From the NCBI RefSeq assembly GCF_003704095.1, contig NW_020846122.1, forward strand, positions 434,001-496,103: a stretch of DNA of 62,103 nt. Direction: 5' to 3'. A model generated the notes under the pieces. The model saw only the letters and a program-made list of their open reading frames with translations, did no database searches and was not told where the DNA came from. Position 1 is the stretch's first letter, and every line of letters starts with the position of its first letter. Position numbers and translations under genes: made by a program. Origin of the DNA: Pocillopora damicornis (lineage: Eukaryota). Below are positions 1-12,611 of the stretch, piece by piece.

Positions 1-238
1 TCTTTTTCCTTTAACGTATGTTCCAATGCCCTTCAATTCGTCGTTGCTCACTTAACACTCGTGGGTTGAGTGAGGCACTGAAAGAATAAGTATTCTAAGC
101 CAATAACATGAAACAGTTTCATCCGTTGGGCTTGGACCACAGCGCGACATGCCGTTTGAAGCCAGGTGCACTCACCATTTAAAGGCCCCCGTTTCTCCCA
201 TGCACCAACTGATGAACGTTTTACTTTGTTCTTGACAG

Positions 239-3200
239 GAGCATGCTGTGAAAAGACTTGAACCAAGCTGGGAAGCCTTCAAACACTTTGAAGAGGAAAC
301 ATTTTTGAGGTAAGTTAATGGTGAGGTAATTTTGCAACTCTTACCTAGATCTCCTTCGTTGTCACTGTAAACTATTCTGATGCTCTGATCACAGCTGTCG
401 GTGAGAGAGGTTGTCGCATCATTGCGGCCAGGCCCTCTCCGTCGGAACTCGAACCGCAATGGCATGGATCTATAGCGCATTGAACGAACTAAGAGAGGCG
501 CACAAAATACTAGAATCCCAATGTGCATTAATTGTTTTATTGATCGATTAACCGTTTGGAATTTCCAGGCCTGTCAAGGGACCTTTTGATCGTATGTCCA
601 ACATCTCCAGCGAGAAGGTTGAAGAGAAGAGTCGATATTTCTCGCCGACATCAGGACGCTGGGTGAAAAGGTAAGAATGAATTAGATTTATTGAGTGTGG
701 AAGATTAGGGGAATGCTGCACAGTTTTGTGCACGTGCATGCTCATTCGGTTCTGTTTTGCGGATGCAAAACTGACAAACTATCTTCTGCGTGAGGGAAAC
801 AGGAAATCGTTATTTTTTAATCCCAAGGTTTCTCGATCGCTTTTTTTTTAAGATGGCAAACGCTCTTAGGTAGCCCCTAGTTTTTAAAAGTGACTAAGAA
901 ACCTCCTAAGGACAACCCTTAAGATGAGATTGAAATACTAATAGTTCCTTTAGTTAAGAAAAGAATGAAATAATATATAAAAAAAAGGAAAACACAAGCC
1001 ACTAAGGATGGCAATGGTCAGTTGAAGATGCGATCACAGAACTTTTGAAAGGCTTTTACATGTGTATTTATGTATTAATTTATTTTATCATCACCATCGT
1101 CATCATTACCTTCATCCTTATCGTTGTTTTCTTAATCTTATTTTGATCTTGTGCTTTCAAGACACCCGGGATCCACGCCCTCCCAGAGACAGAGACGATT
1201 GTATACGTCATTAGCAATGGCTGAGGAAATCGACGCTGATCGTTCGTCTCCTCGGACCCAGTCACCAACACGGCCATCAATCCCACAGCCCTCCAAGGTA
1301 TGCTGCGCTCCAAAGCGGAGGCTCCATAGGAGGAGAGTGTGGGAGGAGGGGATTAGAAATACGCTATAGAAAGAGATGCTAAATTGGAAGAAATAAGATT
1401 ACAGGGGTTGTTTAGGTTATATAGCAATGCCCAATATGAAAAAGAGGGAAAAGCGTGAAAAAAAAAACAATTAACACCAGGAAGACTCCTCAAGAGCCGG
1501 GGAACTCTTTATGGTGGTAAAGTTATGCAAGGAAATACAGTAAAGTCAAAAAAAGGAAATGAATGGAGAAATCCCATGCGAGATCTCTTTCTAAGGTCGT
1601 AAGCAATATTCTTTTGTTATGAAGCACTTTTCGCATAGCTCTGAGGCCTTTTATAGGATTCAGTGATTGAACAGGGAGCGACTGCGGCGTAGATCCAAAA
1701 GAGTGAAACGTTGGATGGATTGAGACCAGACCCAGGCCTCCTCTTTTCCTCGCTGAGTCCTGAAATCGCGTCCTGTTAAGCAAGTGAATGCCACGAACAG
1801 ATGAACAGCTCTGTCAATGGACTGTTTTCAGTCTCTGTTTCGAGTCTCTAGGCAGAATTCTGCTTAAGCAGTTATTTGCTTATCCATTATCCTTTTAAAC
1901 TATTTATCTTACAGTTTTTTTTTGTTACAGGCCAAGAAGGCGAAACCCAAAGCCAAAAAGAAGACTAAAGCATCAAAGAATGTTTCTTTCGACTCCAAGA
2001 AAAAGAAAGCGACAGATTCCGACGAGGAAGGATCTGACAGTGACAAGAAAAAACAGGGAGAACCTGCTAAGGCCGCTGTACCGGATTTTGTGGACGTATT
2101 AGAGAACAAAGGGTCGGTAACGATAATTTTTCAATCAATTTTCGAGGAAACATTGGGATTTCCTTGGTTTGAGAGCGCTTTTACTTTCTTTGAAAAATTA
2201 TGCCAGATTCTTTCGAATATTGAAAACCAATCGCCTTTACCTAACGTTCTGCCTTGTTTAAGGGCCGTGAATTTGGTTTAACTATGGGTTTCCGTGGTTC
2301 CGTGTGTTACCAAGTGTCACTTTTAGAAAATGGTATCTAGAATCGATTTTTTTTCTTTTTTACTGAATCACTCTCCACTGTTTCAAATCCAAGCGTAAAA
2401 GCCACGAAGATACGTAAACTTTGTCATAAGCAATATAGAATGAATTTGCTGTTCAGTAGCTTTCCTTTGAATTTTCACACTGTTTCATTCAAAACTTAAA
2501 AATCAAAACCACCTTCATGTGTTCAGCATCGGTATTTTTGGGGGGTAAGAAAATTCAGGCAAGTAGGGATTAAAAAATTAAAACGTCCTCGATTGAAAAT
2601 TTGTTACTGTTTGACTAAAAGTATATGAAATGGGGTCTGTAAAATTGGCCACAGAATAGACTAGAAAGCAGAAGGGGTTCTGAGTGGTCAGCGGCACATA
2701 CCCAGAAAAATTGACCCTAGTCCCCCCCCCACTCCTGAGTGGCACACATTGCGGTCAGTTTCGCAAAATTGAAAGCTTGAATCATTGTTTTATAGAACCA
2801 TGTCGGCTTTCAAGCAATATGTTCAGAACATGGAGGGAAGGCAGTCTTTGAACCAACTGTTAATGTACTTGGAAATCGAACAATACAACGCTATTTTACC
2901 TGCAAAAAAAGTCCAGAAAACGCAACATGCAACGCATATTTACAAGTAAGGTTATTGTAAAATATTTTAGTTGGTGGTGTTGTAAAACCTTCTCCAAAAT
3001 AGTTCCCGAAATCAGTATAGCTCAGAATGATATCGTTATTTTAACGACTAATTCTTTGCTGGATCGACACTAGCACACTTTATGGTGTATTCTTATAAGA
3101 AATGTGTAATTATTACTCAACGAGTTGTGATTCCTTTTCTGGCATATATAATTACTGAAGCAACGCCAGAGTCTCATAGAAACACCCTTTATTTTAGCCT

Positions 3201-6200
3201 TATGTAGCTATAACTCAAAAACGCAGTTTGTGTTATCCATTTTTGAATCGCAGTCTGCATATCGAGTTTTAATCCTTTGCTAACTGGAAAACAATCTGTC
3301 AATAAGTTTCAGAGCCGCTGGAGTAGACTATTCATCTTCAGTTTGATGGATAACTTGCTGACATTGTAACATTTAAAATACTCCTAAAAGAAGTGTATTT
3401 GTGCTCCATTCTGATTTTTTTCTCCGATTTCTTCCAGAACCTACTTTGATCCCACATCTAGAAGGTAAATGTTGAATAGTTATCTTTCATTATTTCAATC
3501 ATTAATATATTTGTATAAATCGACTTCTCTCTTATTGATAGTCTTTCTCTGATTCTCGTGGATAGGTCGGTGGGTCTTCCCCAGTCCTTACTCAATCAGG
3601 TCGATGGAGAGAGACCCACGTCTCCAGTCTTTACCGCGGCGCAGCAATTCGTGCTTGGTGATGTCCAGACTTACTTCAAAAGTTTTTTCAAGGTAGAATT
3701 ATGCTTGGCACTTGTGTATAAAGATTTGAAGGATAATGTTATCGGGTAACGCTTTGTAAAGGCTCGATTGCCGACCGCTGTTTCCTCTCCGAACCGAAGA
3801 TTTGCTTGTGAGAGTCAGACTGCATTCGAGAGATCGTTGGAAATTGAGCCTACCTACGCTTTGCATTAAGCTTTTTGGATCGGAAGAGCAGATCTCCCAA
3901 CCTATCAGAATTCCACGGTTAATAAGACAGGTTGATCCAATATTTATGGCACATTACTTGGCTTGAGCAGTGTTTTCGTGAAAGACCTTTCTAATAAGTC
4001 TTAGAAAGTATACACGCTGGCCCTAGTTAGACAAGTCTCGAATAGGCCGAGTCTAAGTGACTTTTTATTTTGAACCGGGCTCCTCGCTTTGCTCAGTCAG
4101 TTTTTTTCATTAGGTATTATTCCAGTAATCCTTAAGCCTAATGACTTAAACTTTCTCACTATTTATGAATAAGTACTTACGTTTTCCCGCCTTGAAGGCC
4201 GTGTACATGTATATACTTTGAGCTCTCATTGGCTCTTTGCGATATTTTTGTGCGTTTTGATTGGCTGATGTGACACTCAGTCGTGAAAGTACTTCAGGCG
4301 AGGTTCAAACCCTCTCATATACTAATCAACGAGGTACAACTTTGATTTTTTCCCACTGGTGTCCCTTTCAGCATGCGCAGGACACCGCTGGCCGACGAGA
4401 AGGTACACCAAACACTCCTGGAAGTTTTAACAAGGGTGACACATTTGAGAGCTCACAGAGTTTCCTTCAGCTTTACAGAAGAAGAGCGAGAAAAAATAAG
4501 GTTCGTATACAGAAGAGCGTCTTCTTTCACGTTGGTTGGACAGGGGCTCTCTCTCTCTGCTACATCAAACATCGCCGTAAAATCTCGTCACGTAAAAACC
4601 TGGACAAACAAAGCTATTTCGTGCTCAGCGTTTATTTTTATACTCTTAGCATATTGGTAAGCAGAGTGAACGCACTCTACATTATAGTTTATAAGCGGAC
4701 AGATGTATGTCTACCCAGGTTTGCTTGCCTGCTGCTATGTTCCTTTCTTAGCTGAGGTTCCACTCTATGCAGAACTACCAGTTAAAGTCTCTCAACAGCA
4801 AAGTTAGACTACGCGTTGAGATCTACAAGAAAGCTTCAACAGGAGTACTTAGTCATCTAACGAGCGGAATCGTTTTTCCTGCCAGGGCCCGCGTTGGCCG
4901 CGCTTTATGTGCCCTATGTGCAGTGTTAGAGTACTTGCAATCTCGCACTGATTTATTTGTCTATTTACCTATTCTATTCTATTATTATTCATTCATTCAC
5001 GCATTTATTGGATTAAGTTATCTATTGTTATATTAATATTATTTGTATTTTGTATATTTGTATATTTTAGAGCACTGGCCGATCCGCTCCGTCTAAAGAA
5101 GACAAAGACAACTTTAAGAAAGTTCTGCAGTCTATACACGGACGTCTTTCGGTAAAAATGGAATATTTTCGGCGATATTTACAGGCCCATGGTGAACCAG
5201 ACGGCTTTCCTCGCTTAGAGAACGATCTTGTTTTCTATTTGGAAGTTCAGAAGTTCAAGGTAAGAAATTCAAGACACTGTTGCAAAAACAAAGAAAGAGG
5301 AAATGCAAAATATGTTTCAATAATAGATTACGATGGATAATTAACAATTATTTGCCAAAGTGAGGGTAGATTAAGGGGGCGAGACGCGACGCATTGAGGT
5401 AAATAGCTATTACTTTCAGCCACACCGAGAGTCGAACAATTTAGGTTTTATTATAAACCACACAGAGACCTAAAGAGATAAATTATTTCTGTCAATGTAT
5501 CGAAAAATGGTCAGAAATTAAACACTTGACGCGCGATTTTGTTCTTCTGCTGCTCAGAGGTGACGGGTACTGGCTAAACGCTTCCGAACTAGCTGATCAG
5601 CGCGCGCGAAAAGCATTGACCTGTATGGTGTATACTCAACTTGGATATTTTTAGCGCAAGCATGAGAATTCACAGTTAATTTTTGTTATTATACCGGAAA
5701 ATGGTCGGAAAATTTCAAAACTTTGACGCACGATTTTGTCTCTTCGACCGCTCGGAGGTGAATAGCACCTGGTAATCGCTTCCAAAGCAGCCAATCAGCG
5801 CGTGAGAATAGCACTGTTCACCTGTGTGGTATGTACTAAATTTTAGTGCAAGCTTGAAAATATGATTAAACATTTTGAAAAACTAAATGTAAATCAAAAT
5901 CATCCACTTTACAGAAGACACCAAATGTGGTTTACAATGAATTCAGTATTGACGCCTGTGATTCAGTTGAGACTTAGAGGAATCGCAGGTTACAAATGTG
6001 GGACTGCAAAACATTATGCAAAGCAATTGTGACTCCAAAGCCTGGTCGGCAATCCCATTTGATAAGAGTTTTGCGAGACTGTTTCTATTGGAACAGAGCG
6101 TGTGCTTTAATTGCCAGCACGGAAACAACACCACAACATATTGTTTTCTATGATTCATCACTCTACTCCCATTTCGTTTACCATCCCATAGTTTACTGAT

Positions 6201-9200
6201 TTTCTTGAATTTTTTTTATGAAATTTTAATTTTTTCTCTCTTTACATACAGGAATTGTTTAACTACATGGACGATGTAAGTCTTATGAACTGGTTGATTT
6301 TCTCAGTAGCTTCTTGCACCCACTTCTGAATGATGGAGTGTTTGCTTTCATATCCTAGGTTTCCCTAAATCGTAAAGTAGAGGCAATCATCGAGTGTTTC
6401 TTGGACTCAGCCACCCCTCCCTGGCTACAGGTGAGAACATATCGAATTCTTTGTTTTTGTCGTTGTCGTTTGCCCCCTCCCTCCCCACCCTTCAACAGAC
6501 GAAACTTGCTTGTTTCCGTCGTGCCCCTCTCATCTTGCGTGACTCGTACTTTGCGCTAGCATCGCGCTTGCCTTTGTTCGAAAACGCAGAAAAAAAAGAA
6601 ATTGTCTATTCAGCAGGCTAGGCTTAAAATTCACCTAGGAACAAATATCAGTCTGAAATATGTGCTCGTTTAAATTTGCTGGCATGTGCACAAAAAATAA
6701 ATTATACCGCTTAACTGTTCAGACCGGCATTTAGAGGGATTTCTTTTTCTTTGCGGTAACTTTTCCACGCATCTCTCCACGATTTTAATTTTTCAACACC
6801 ATTTTCAAATGCCTTTTACTTAATGCTCCATCAAGGATGAAGCCCATTGGAAAATTCATGCTAATTATCTTTAGCAGGAGACCAGGCTTATTATTTTGAC
6901 GCCATGCATCGTTTCAGTAGCAGGTGTTGTTTCGCATTGTAACGCAACGCGTGACAAGACCACATAATAAAAGAAAAACATTTCAAAGTCAAAGTAAAAT
7001 TTCATTAGAGTAGCTTGGACTGCCATGGCGCACCATAGAGGGAATTGAGATTAACACATTTTCTGACAAATGAAGCATCCTATTCCTTCAAAAATAAAAT
7101 GTATTCTCGATGCTCCCGGGAAGAATATGGTTTGAAAGTAAATATTCATTCGACAACATCACTTCATTACTAAAGTAATTTACATGTGGTTAATTTATTA
7201 CCCATATGGTATCCAACTTTTGCTATCAAGGTGGTCTAAACAATGAAAATATTCTCCGTTACGAGTACTGACTTCGTTTACATGGCAAACCAAATTTTAA
7301 CCCTGAAACCCCAAGCAACTCCCGCGTCACCGTTTACTTAAGTTGGAATTTCAAACCGTCATAAACCATTTACGAATGGTTTGATGTCAACTCGGAAAGT
7401 TGCCGTTAAAAGCGTCTTTAAGAATTAATACGATGAAACATCAACCTTTGTCAGTTTGAAGAGCATTTCATTAGTCTGTAATGAACTGTTTTTACATGGT
7501 AATACTCTCTCGCTTAAATTTCAGAAAAATTCATAACTCTAACTAAACTTCGGGTAAAATTTCCTCACAGCCCCATACTACATTACGCATTCAGTTCTTG
7601 GATAGAGAAAACAATGACGAAAACAATGGATCGCAAAAAAACAGACAACAACAACAACAAAAAAACAGAAAACTGGGAAAACAAATTTTGTTTTACAATA
7701 GTATGGGGTTGTGCGGAAATTTTACCAAACTTCGAAACGTTTCTTGATAAAGTGTTTGGAAATGTTAAGTTTTCATAGTTTTCCTATGAAAAGTTGCTTT
7801 AAAACTTTTAATAATTGATGAGCGATAAACCAGAGTGTCACCTTGTGTAAATACTTAAAGTTAATATATGCTAAAAAATTCAGATGAAATGAAACTAAGC
7901 TCAAACTTTAATTTAAAGTTATAGCCTTAATTTTTCTATCTCTTCACAACTTCGCAGTGCATCTGTTATTTTGTGGGCCAACGGTTTTTCGTATGGAATT
8001 CTCATAAAATCACCATAAGATGATGTCAGAAGTTTCCTCCATTCGCGCGGTGCTGGTAAAGCAAACCCATCGAAATTCACTACAACTAAAGGGAAAATGT
8101 CGGTCCGTTTTCTTCTCAACGGTCCGTAGATAAATCTTCGTACGAACCATGAGGAATGACTGAACAGGTTTAAAAAATTGCCATCAGAATCCGTCTCTAG
8201 TACCAGCATATCAAGTTGCAAACCATCCGCAAACTTGCAGCCGTTACGAAGACAATACTTATAACAACTCTTGGTGTCGCGAAGTTTCCCCAACATTCCA
8301 CTTTGAGGCGGAATTTTGTAAAATACATCGGTGTCTTCTGTTTGGAAAAATATATCATCTGGAAGTTCTTTCAGACCGTATTTAACAAACTTTTCAAAGT
8401 CTGCTTTAGGGATGCAAATATCTATGTCATCGTCGAAAGGATTGTGGCCGCCATGTCGAATCGCTCCGAGAAGACTGCCTCTAGTTAACCAGTATTTTAT
8501 ACCGTGCTTTTTTGCAATCAGATCAAAGATTCGAAGAATTCTTGTAAGCACTAACTGAGCCTTTCGAAGTGGTGTTGAACCCAACTGACGGATATCTGGG
8601 CAGTCAATGTCGCCGTTTGGAGTATTTTGACACTTTCCTAACTTCGTGTATGCGACTGGACGGCGTGAGTCTAATTCCTGCAAGCGAACGCCTCGTTTAG
8701 GTAGCGAAGTAATCAAGAGCGATCCCAAAACACATGTACCTATCAACATAATCAATGAGATAAATGCAGGTCGCCTCCATCTACGCTGTGTTGGCCCTCT
8801 TCTGATCCATCGCCATAAATTTAGCATGGTTTTGAATTCGAAGTAAAGGAGACCTGCTGATCTCCATGTGAACTCTGACGTCAGAAAAATATTCGTGTGG
8901 CACTAGGCGAGGTTACCTGTCAACTTAAAGTCAATTTTGGTACAAATGATTTTTTCACTCATAAAAACTTTCGCAAGCGCTACCAAACCTTACAGATGCC
9001 ATCCACTAGCTTTGGAGGCCGTGAATATTTTGTCAGGCTAGAAAATCCTTCTTCATATTTCGCAACCTTTTATACTACGAAGCGTCTATGAAAGTATACA
9101 ACAATTACTGGCCGAAAGCGAAACGAAGATGGATAGGTAATCGCATATGGCCGTGTTAAATACAGGACTTTTCATTGTTTTGTTAGGGTTAATGAATTGT

Positions 9201-11811
9201 AAAATGCGCGAATTAGCCCTTTTAAAAAACATTCGCCATCCAAGAAAATTATAATACACGACATTAAGCCGTTTTAAGGGTTCTAAATTTAGTAGTTTCC
9301 CGGGGGATTTACCAATGTTAAGGAAAAATGTCCTCTGTCCCAGCAAATCAGCATTTAACAATTTTGCCTTCTGGGCTATAACTGACTATCAATATATGTA
9401 AATCATGCATGTGAACTACGAATAAAGAAGTGAATATTAAACCGATGTTCGCGGTAATGGACACCACTTGAGCAGAAGTGAAAATAAGGCTTGAAAAAAA
9501 GAAATTAAATTAACACTCAATTTCTAAAGTCCACCTTTATGCTCCGTTGGTGTCGACTGATTTCTCTTACCTCCCCCCCTAAAAACTATGTGATCCCCCC
9601 TATAAATTCCCCGAACCCCCGACCGCAGGTGATAGAGCAGGTGATCGAGCAGGTGATCGAGCAGGTGATCGAGCAGGTGATCGATTATGAATAGTTCAGT
9701 GGCGGATCCAAGGGGAGGGGGCATGGGGGGCCCGTGACCCCCCTTTTTAAAATCCTAGATCCGCCTCTGAGTTGCGTACCCAAACCTTTCACAGCCAAGC
9801 GGTTGTTTTAGTGACAGTTACACAGTAAGATCTGGGTACGAGATTAGATTATGGCTGGTTTCTTGTAATCAATAGAAATAGAAAAAAAAGGAAACCCTTT
9901 AAAACTCTAAAAACATTCATTCATCTTAATCTGTGAATTTCTTTTTTACAGATTGACATTGGTCCCGAGCTTGCTTCTCGTATTATACACAAGGCCCAGG
10001 TCTTTTCGTCGGGGAAGAAAATCCCCAGGGAACAAAAGGAGCCAGGGCTTTTCGACGAGGCTCAAAGCATCTTGTTCAAGGAAATGCTCCCCTATTGGGC
10101 AGGATTTTGTAAACAGTACACTCCACCTGAAGATGGGGCAAATGTCAAGTTACCTCGTAAGTGTCTTTTTGAAGAGTGTGGAACTGCGCGTGCGCGGATG
10201 CTACTTTTCGAAATCTTCAGAAGCTAAGGAAACGCGTTTTTTCGCCCGCGCGAAGATTTGAGACTAGTTAGGAAGGTTTGCTCGGGGTCTGGCATTAATG
10301 ATTAGTGCCAGACCTCTTGCAGACCTCTCGCTGGCCAGCGTTTTTCCAGGCGTCATACTTTCCCAAGGGTAAAGAAACGCATATTAACAACGACAGCCTA
10401 CTGGCAGGCTACTTTTGGGGCCTCCTGATGTCTTCTTTTGTCCTCATATTTTGTCCGATCAAGCTGGTTTTGATTCGTTGTCTTTCTTTCCAGTTATAAA
10501 AAATAATGATCATGATAAAATTTCTGATAAATTAATCAAAATATAATCTTCTCTTTTCAGCCACTAAACAAGAGAAACTCCTACAGAAACGCTACGCAGA
10601 ATTCCTGAAATACCCGGCAGTCACTAAGACTATCACTCTGCCCCTGTTGGTACCTAGTGTACATGGTCAGTCCAAGAGCGAGCTAAGTTTTTCTGTTTCG
10701 GACGGAATGAAATGGAAGGTATGCAAGAGACACTGTCTTTTTTATCTAATCAAAGTGCTCTGTGAGCAAACTCGTGAATTGACACATGATTTTTTAGNNN
10801 NNNNNNNNNNNNNNNNNNNNNNNNNNNNNNNNNNNNNNNNNNNNNNNNNNNNNNNNNNNNNNNNNNNNNNNNNNNNNNNNNNNNNNNNNNNNNNNNNATA
10901 ACTCGCTCTTGCGCATGCGCGCAATTCACGAGTTAAAAATGAAGATAAATATATGAATAAAGAGGTAAACATTTGTGACGAGGAAAACTAAGGAGATCCC
11001 ATAAGGCTTCGAGCTAAAGCCAGTTGCGATCGATGTAGCGGTTTTATGCTCCTACGACTGTCGCAAAGGGGTGAGAAGTTTGGAATTGGCAACCAAGCTA
11101 AACTAGCTTTTTTCCCAGTGAATTACGGCCAGCTAAATTGATCAATCATACTACGCACGTTTGAACTGAGAGATAACAACGATGATAAATCATATTGGAA
11201 GCAGCTTCCTTTTGTTGAGATGGGGTACGTGCGGAATAATGGAATAGAAAAAAGAATGACTTCGTGGTTGAAGTAGTCCTGAAAAGTTTTGTTGTTGCCA
11301 AGAATAACTGGTGGTTGACAAAGCGAAGGGAGTCAAGAAGCCTTAAATCAATTACTTGACCCCGATTATGACCTCTTCCCAAATTGTCGAAAGGTGAGTC
11401 TTTGTTATAAACAACAGTCTCTATTTGCCCGGACTATCATCTTCCGGACGAAGTTTTGGGTGATCTTCGCTGGCTTTGGACGAGGATATTCGGACCATCA
11501 AACCGAAGCTAAATTGGCGAGCTCATCAATCTCGGTAGCGGAAAGAGGAAAGAAATGTTAAATACTAGAGAGAGGTATAGGGGGAAGCTATCGCGATTGC
11601 GTGAATTCGAGGGGTACCAGTTAATTTGACGATAATAGAAAAACGGAAATCAAACATTGTTTTATATTTATACGATAGCTTTTTTTTTTCCTAGGAAACT
11701 AAGGACCTTGAGACAGCTAGTGTTACGTCGAGCCAGGCAGGGAGTGTTCGTGGGAGAGCGGGGGAGAATGGTGCCACGATGGACCTATCTAATCAGCAAA
11801 CACAAGTAGAG
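239..11811 (+). CDS. Multi-RGS-domain protein, RGS22/RGSL1-like (5' end outside window; spliced)
   Basis: Phase-consistent GT-AG exons: 239-309, 569-670, 1162-1297, 1931-2112, 2796-2945, 3438-3464, 3566-3692, 4372-4500, 5071-5259, 6252-6275, 6359-6430, 9952-10156, 10561-10718, 11695-11811. A final exon may lie at 11984-12037; AATAAA at 12342. RGS-type helices: MSAFKQYVQNMEGRQSLNQLLMYLEIEQY..HIYKTYFDP and LENDLVFYLEVQKFKELF..RKVEAIIECFLDSATPPWLQIDIGPELA..LFDEAQSILFKEMLPYWAGF. An extra exon could be hidden in the gap at 10798-10897. Confidence 0.85.
5490..5840. repeat. Two tandem diverged copies of a ~150-bp interspersed repeat end
   Basis: 5490-5640 and 5690-5840 share GAAAAATGGTCxGAAA..TTGACGCxCGATTTTGT..GCTCxGAGGTGA..CGCTTCC..ATCAGCGCGxGxGAA..ACCTGTxTGGT. 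Confidence 0.6.
7919..8827 (-). CDS. LicD/fukutin-family nucleotidyltransferase-fold phosphotransferase, type II membrane protein, intronless
   Basis: 302-aa uninterrupted ORF. Basic N-terminal tail and TM helix (AFISLIMLIGTCVLGSLLITSL). LicD signature YWLTRGSLLGAIRHGGHNPFDDDIDI, downstream GLQLDML, and C-terminal F-D-G..P-A-P..L..YGDFM. Confidence 0.92.
   Translation of the reverse strand: MLNLWRWIRRGPTQRRWRRPAFISLIMLIGTCVLGSLLITSLPKRGVRLQELDSRRPVAYTKLGKCQNTPNGDIDCPDIRQLGSTPLRKAQLVLTRILRIFDLIAKKHGIKYWLTRGSLLGAIRHGGHNPFDDDIDICIPKADFEKFVKYGLKELPDDIFFQTEDTDVFYKIPPQSGMLGKLRDTKSCYKYCLRNGCKFADGLQLDMLVLETDSDGNFLNLFSHSSWFVRRFIYGPLRRKRTDIFPLVVVNFDGFALPAPREWRKLLTSSYGDFMRIPYEKPLAHKITDALRSCEEIEKLRL
9625..9684. 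repeat. Tandem 12-mer (GCAGGTGATCGA)x5
   Basis: Directly visible; the first unit has one mismatch. Confidence 0.95.
9697..9769. mobile_element. Short MITE with CAGTGGCGGATC-type terminal inverted repeats
   Basis: CAGTGGCGGATCCAAGG ... CCTAGATCCGCCTCTG inverted termini around a G/C-rich core. Confidence 0.65.
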
Positions 11812-12399
11812 GTAAACACTTGACGCAAGGTTTCCAATGATGGAGTGTACGCTGTCAGGCAGCGGAGACTGGTGAGAGAGCACGCGCACTTTCCGCCCTT
11901 TTTCGTCAACGTATCGGAAGAGAGCTTGTCACAGGCGAGAGCATAGAATGTTTAGCGATAATCCTTTCGTTAATTTTTCTTAGAGGCAATGGTGTGTCTG
12001 TCATGCAAAACTACACCTTTTCACCTTCAATACGTGAAAGCTCCCTCTGGAACCTATTTGATTTGATCAAGTGATTTACAAACTTTGATAAACTGCCAAC
12101 GTCTCTGAACATGTGTACTGTATTTTTTAACAAAAGTGTTCTGAGAACTTAGAAAATACACAGAGACTTTGTAGATAGACTTAAAAGACCGGTAATTACA
12201 GCGCAAGCCTTTTGGTACCAGCAAGCAATTTTTTGATTCAATGACGAATTTTCTAGACGCATTGCATTCGCGCAGAAGTATTTATTTTGTAAATTGTATT
12301 TTTCTTAAAAAATGTAAAAGTACGTGGAGGTATTTTAAATCAATAAAACGTCTATTTTATGAATTTGTTGGCGCTTTTTTCGTCTCATGGAACTAGAAT

Positions 12400-12611
12400 T
12401 TAACCCTTTCACTCCACAAGATCTAATTAGTAATTCTCCTCATTTTCTGCCATGCGATTCTTATGATGTTAGTTTGGAGAATTTGATATTGGATCAACTT
12501 ATAATCTCTTATTGATATTTTTCTTTATTCTCATTACCTATCTGCTTGATATTGTACTGACATTGTAAGGAGAAATTCTGTTTTGGTCACTCGTGGACAT
12601 GAAAATGTTAA
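12400..12611. mobile_element. TTAA-flanked piggyBac-like MITE family copy
   Basis: TTAACCCTTTCACTCC..ATCT..TAATTCTCC ... GGAGAAATT..GTCACTC..GTTAA. Related copies at about 17755-17960, 25185-25330, 33090-33300, 41030-41222, 49745-49945, 53095-53215 and 56045-56556. Confidence 0.65.

Noticed and set aside
7919-8827. Bacterial contamination as the source of the LicD ORF
   Set aside because: It is contiguous with host introns and repeats, has a eukaryotic type II TM anchor, and has no operon context.
9625-9684. CRISPR-like array
   Set aside because: Head-to-tail 12-mers with no spacers and no cas genes, in a eukaryotic context.
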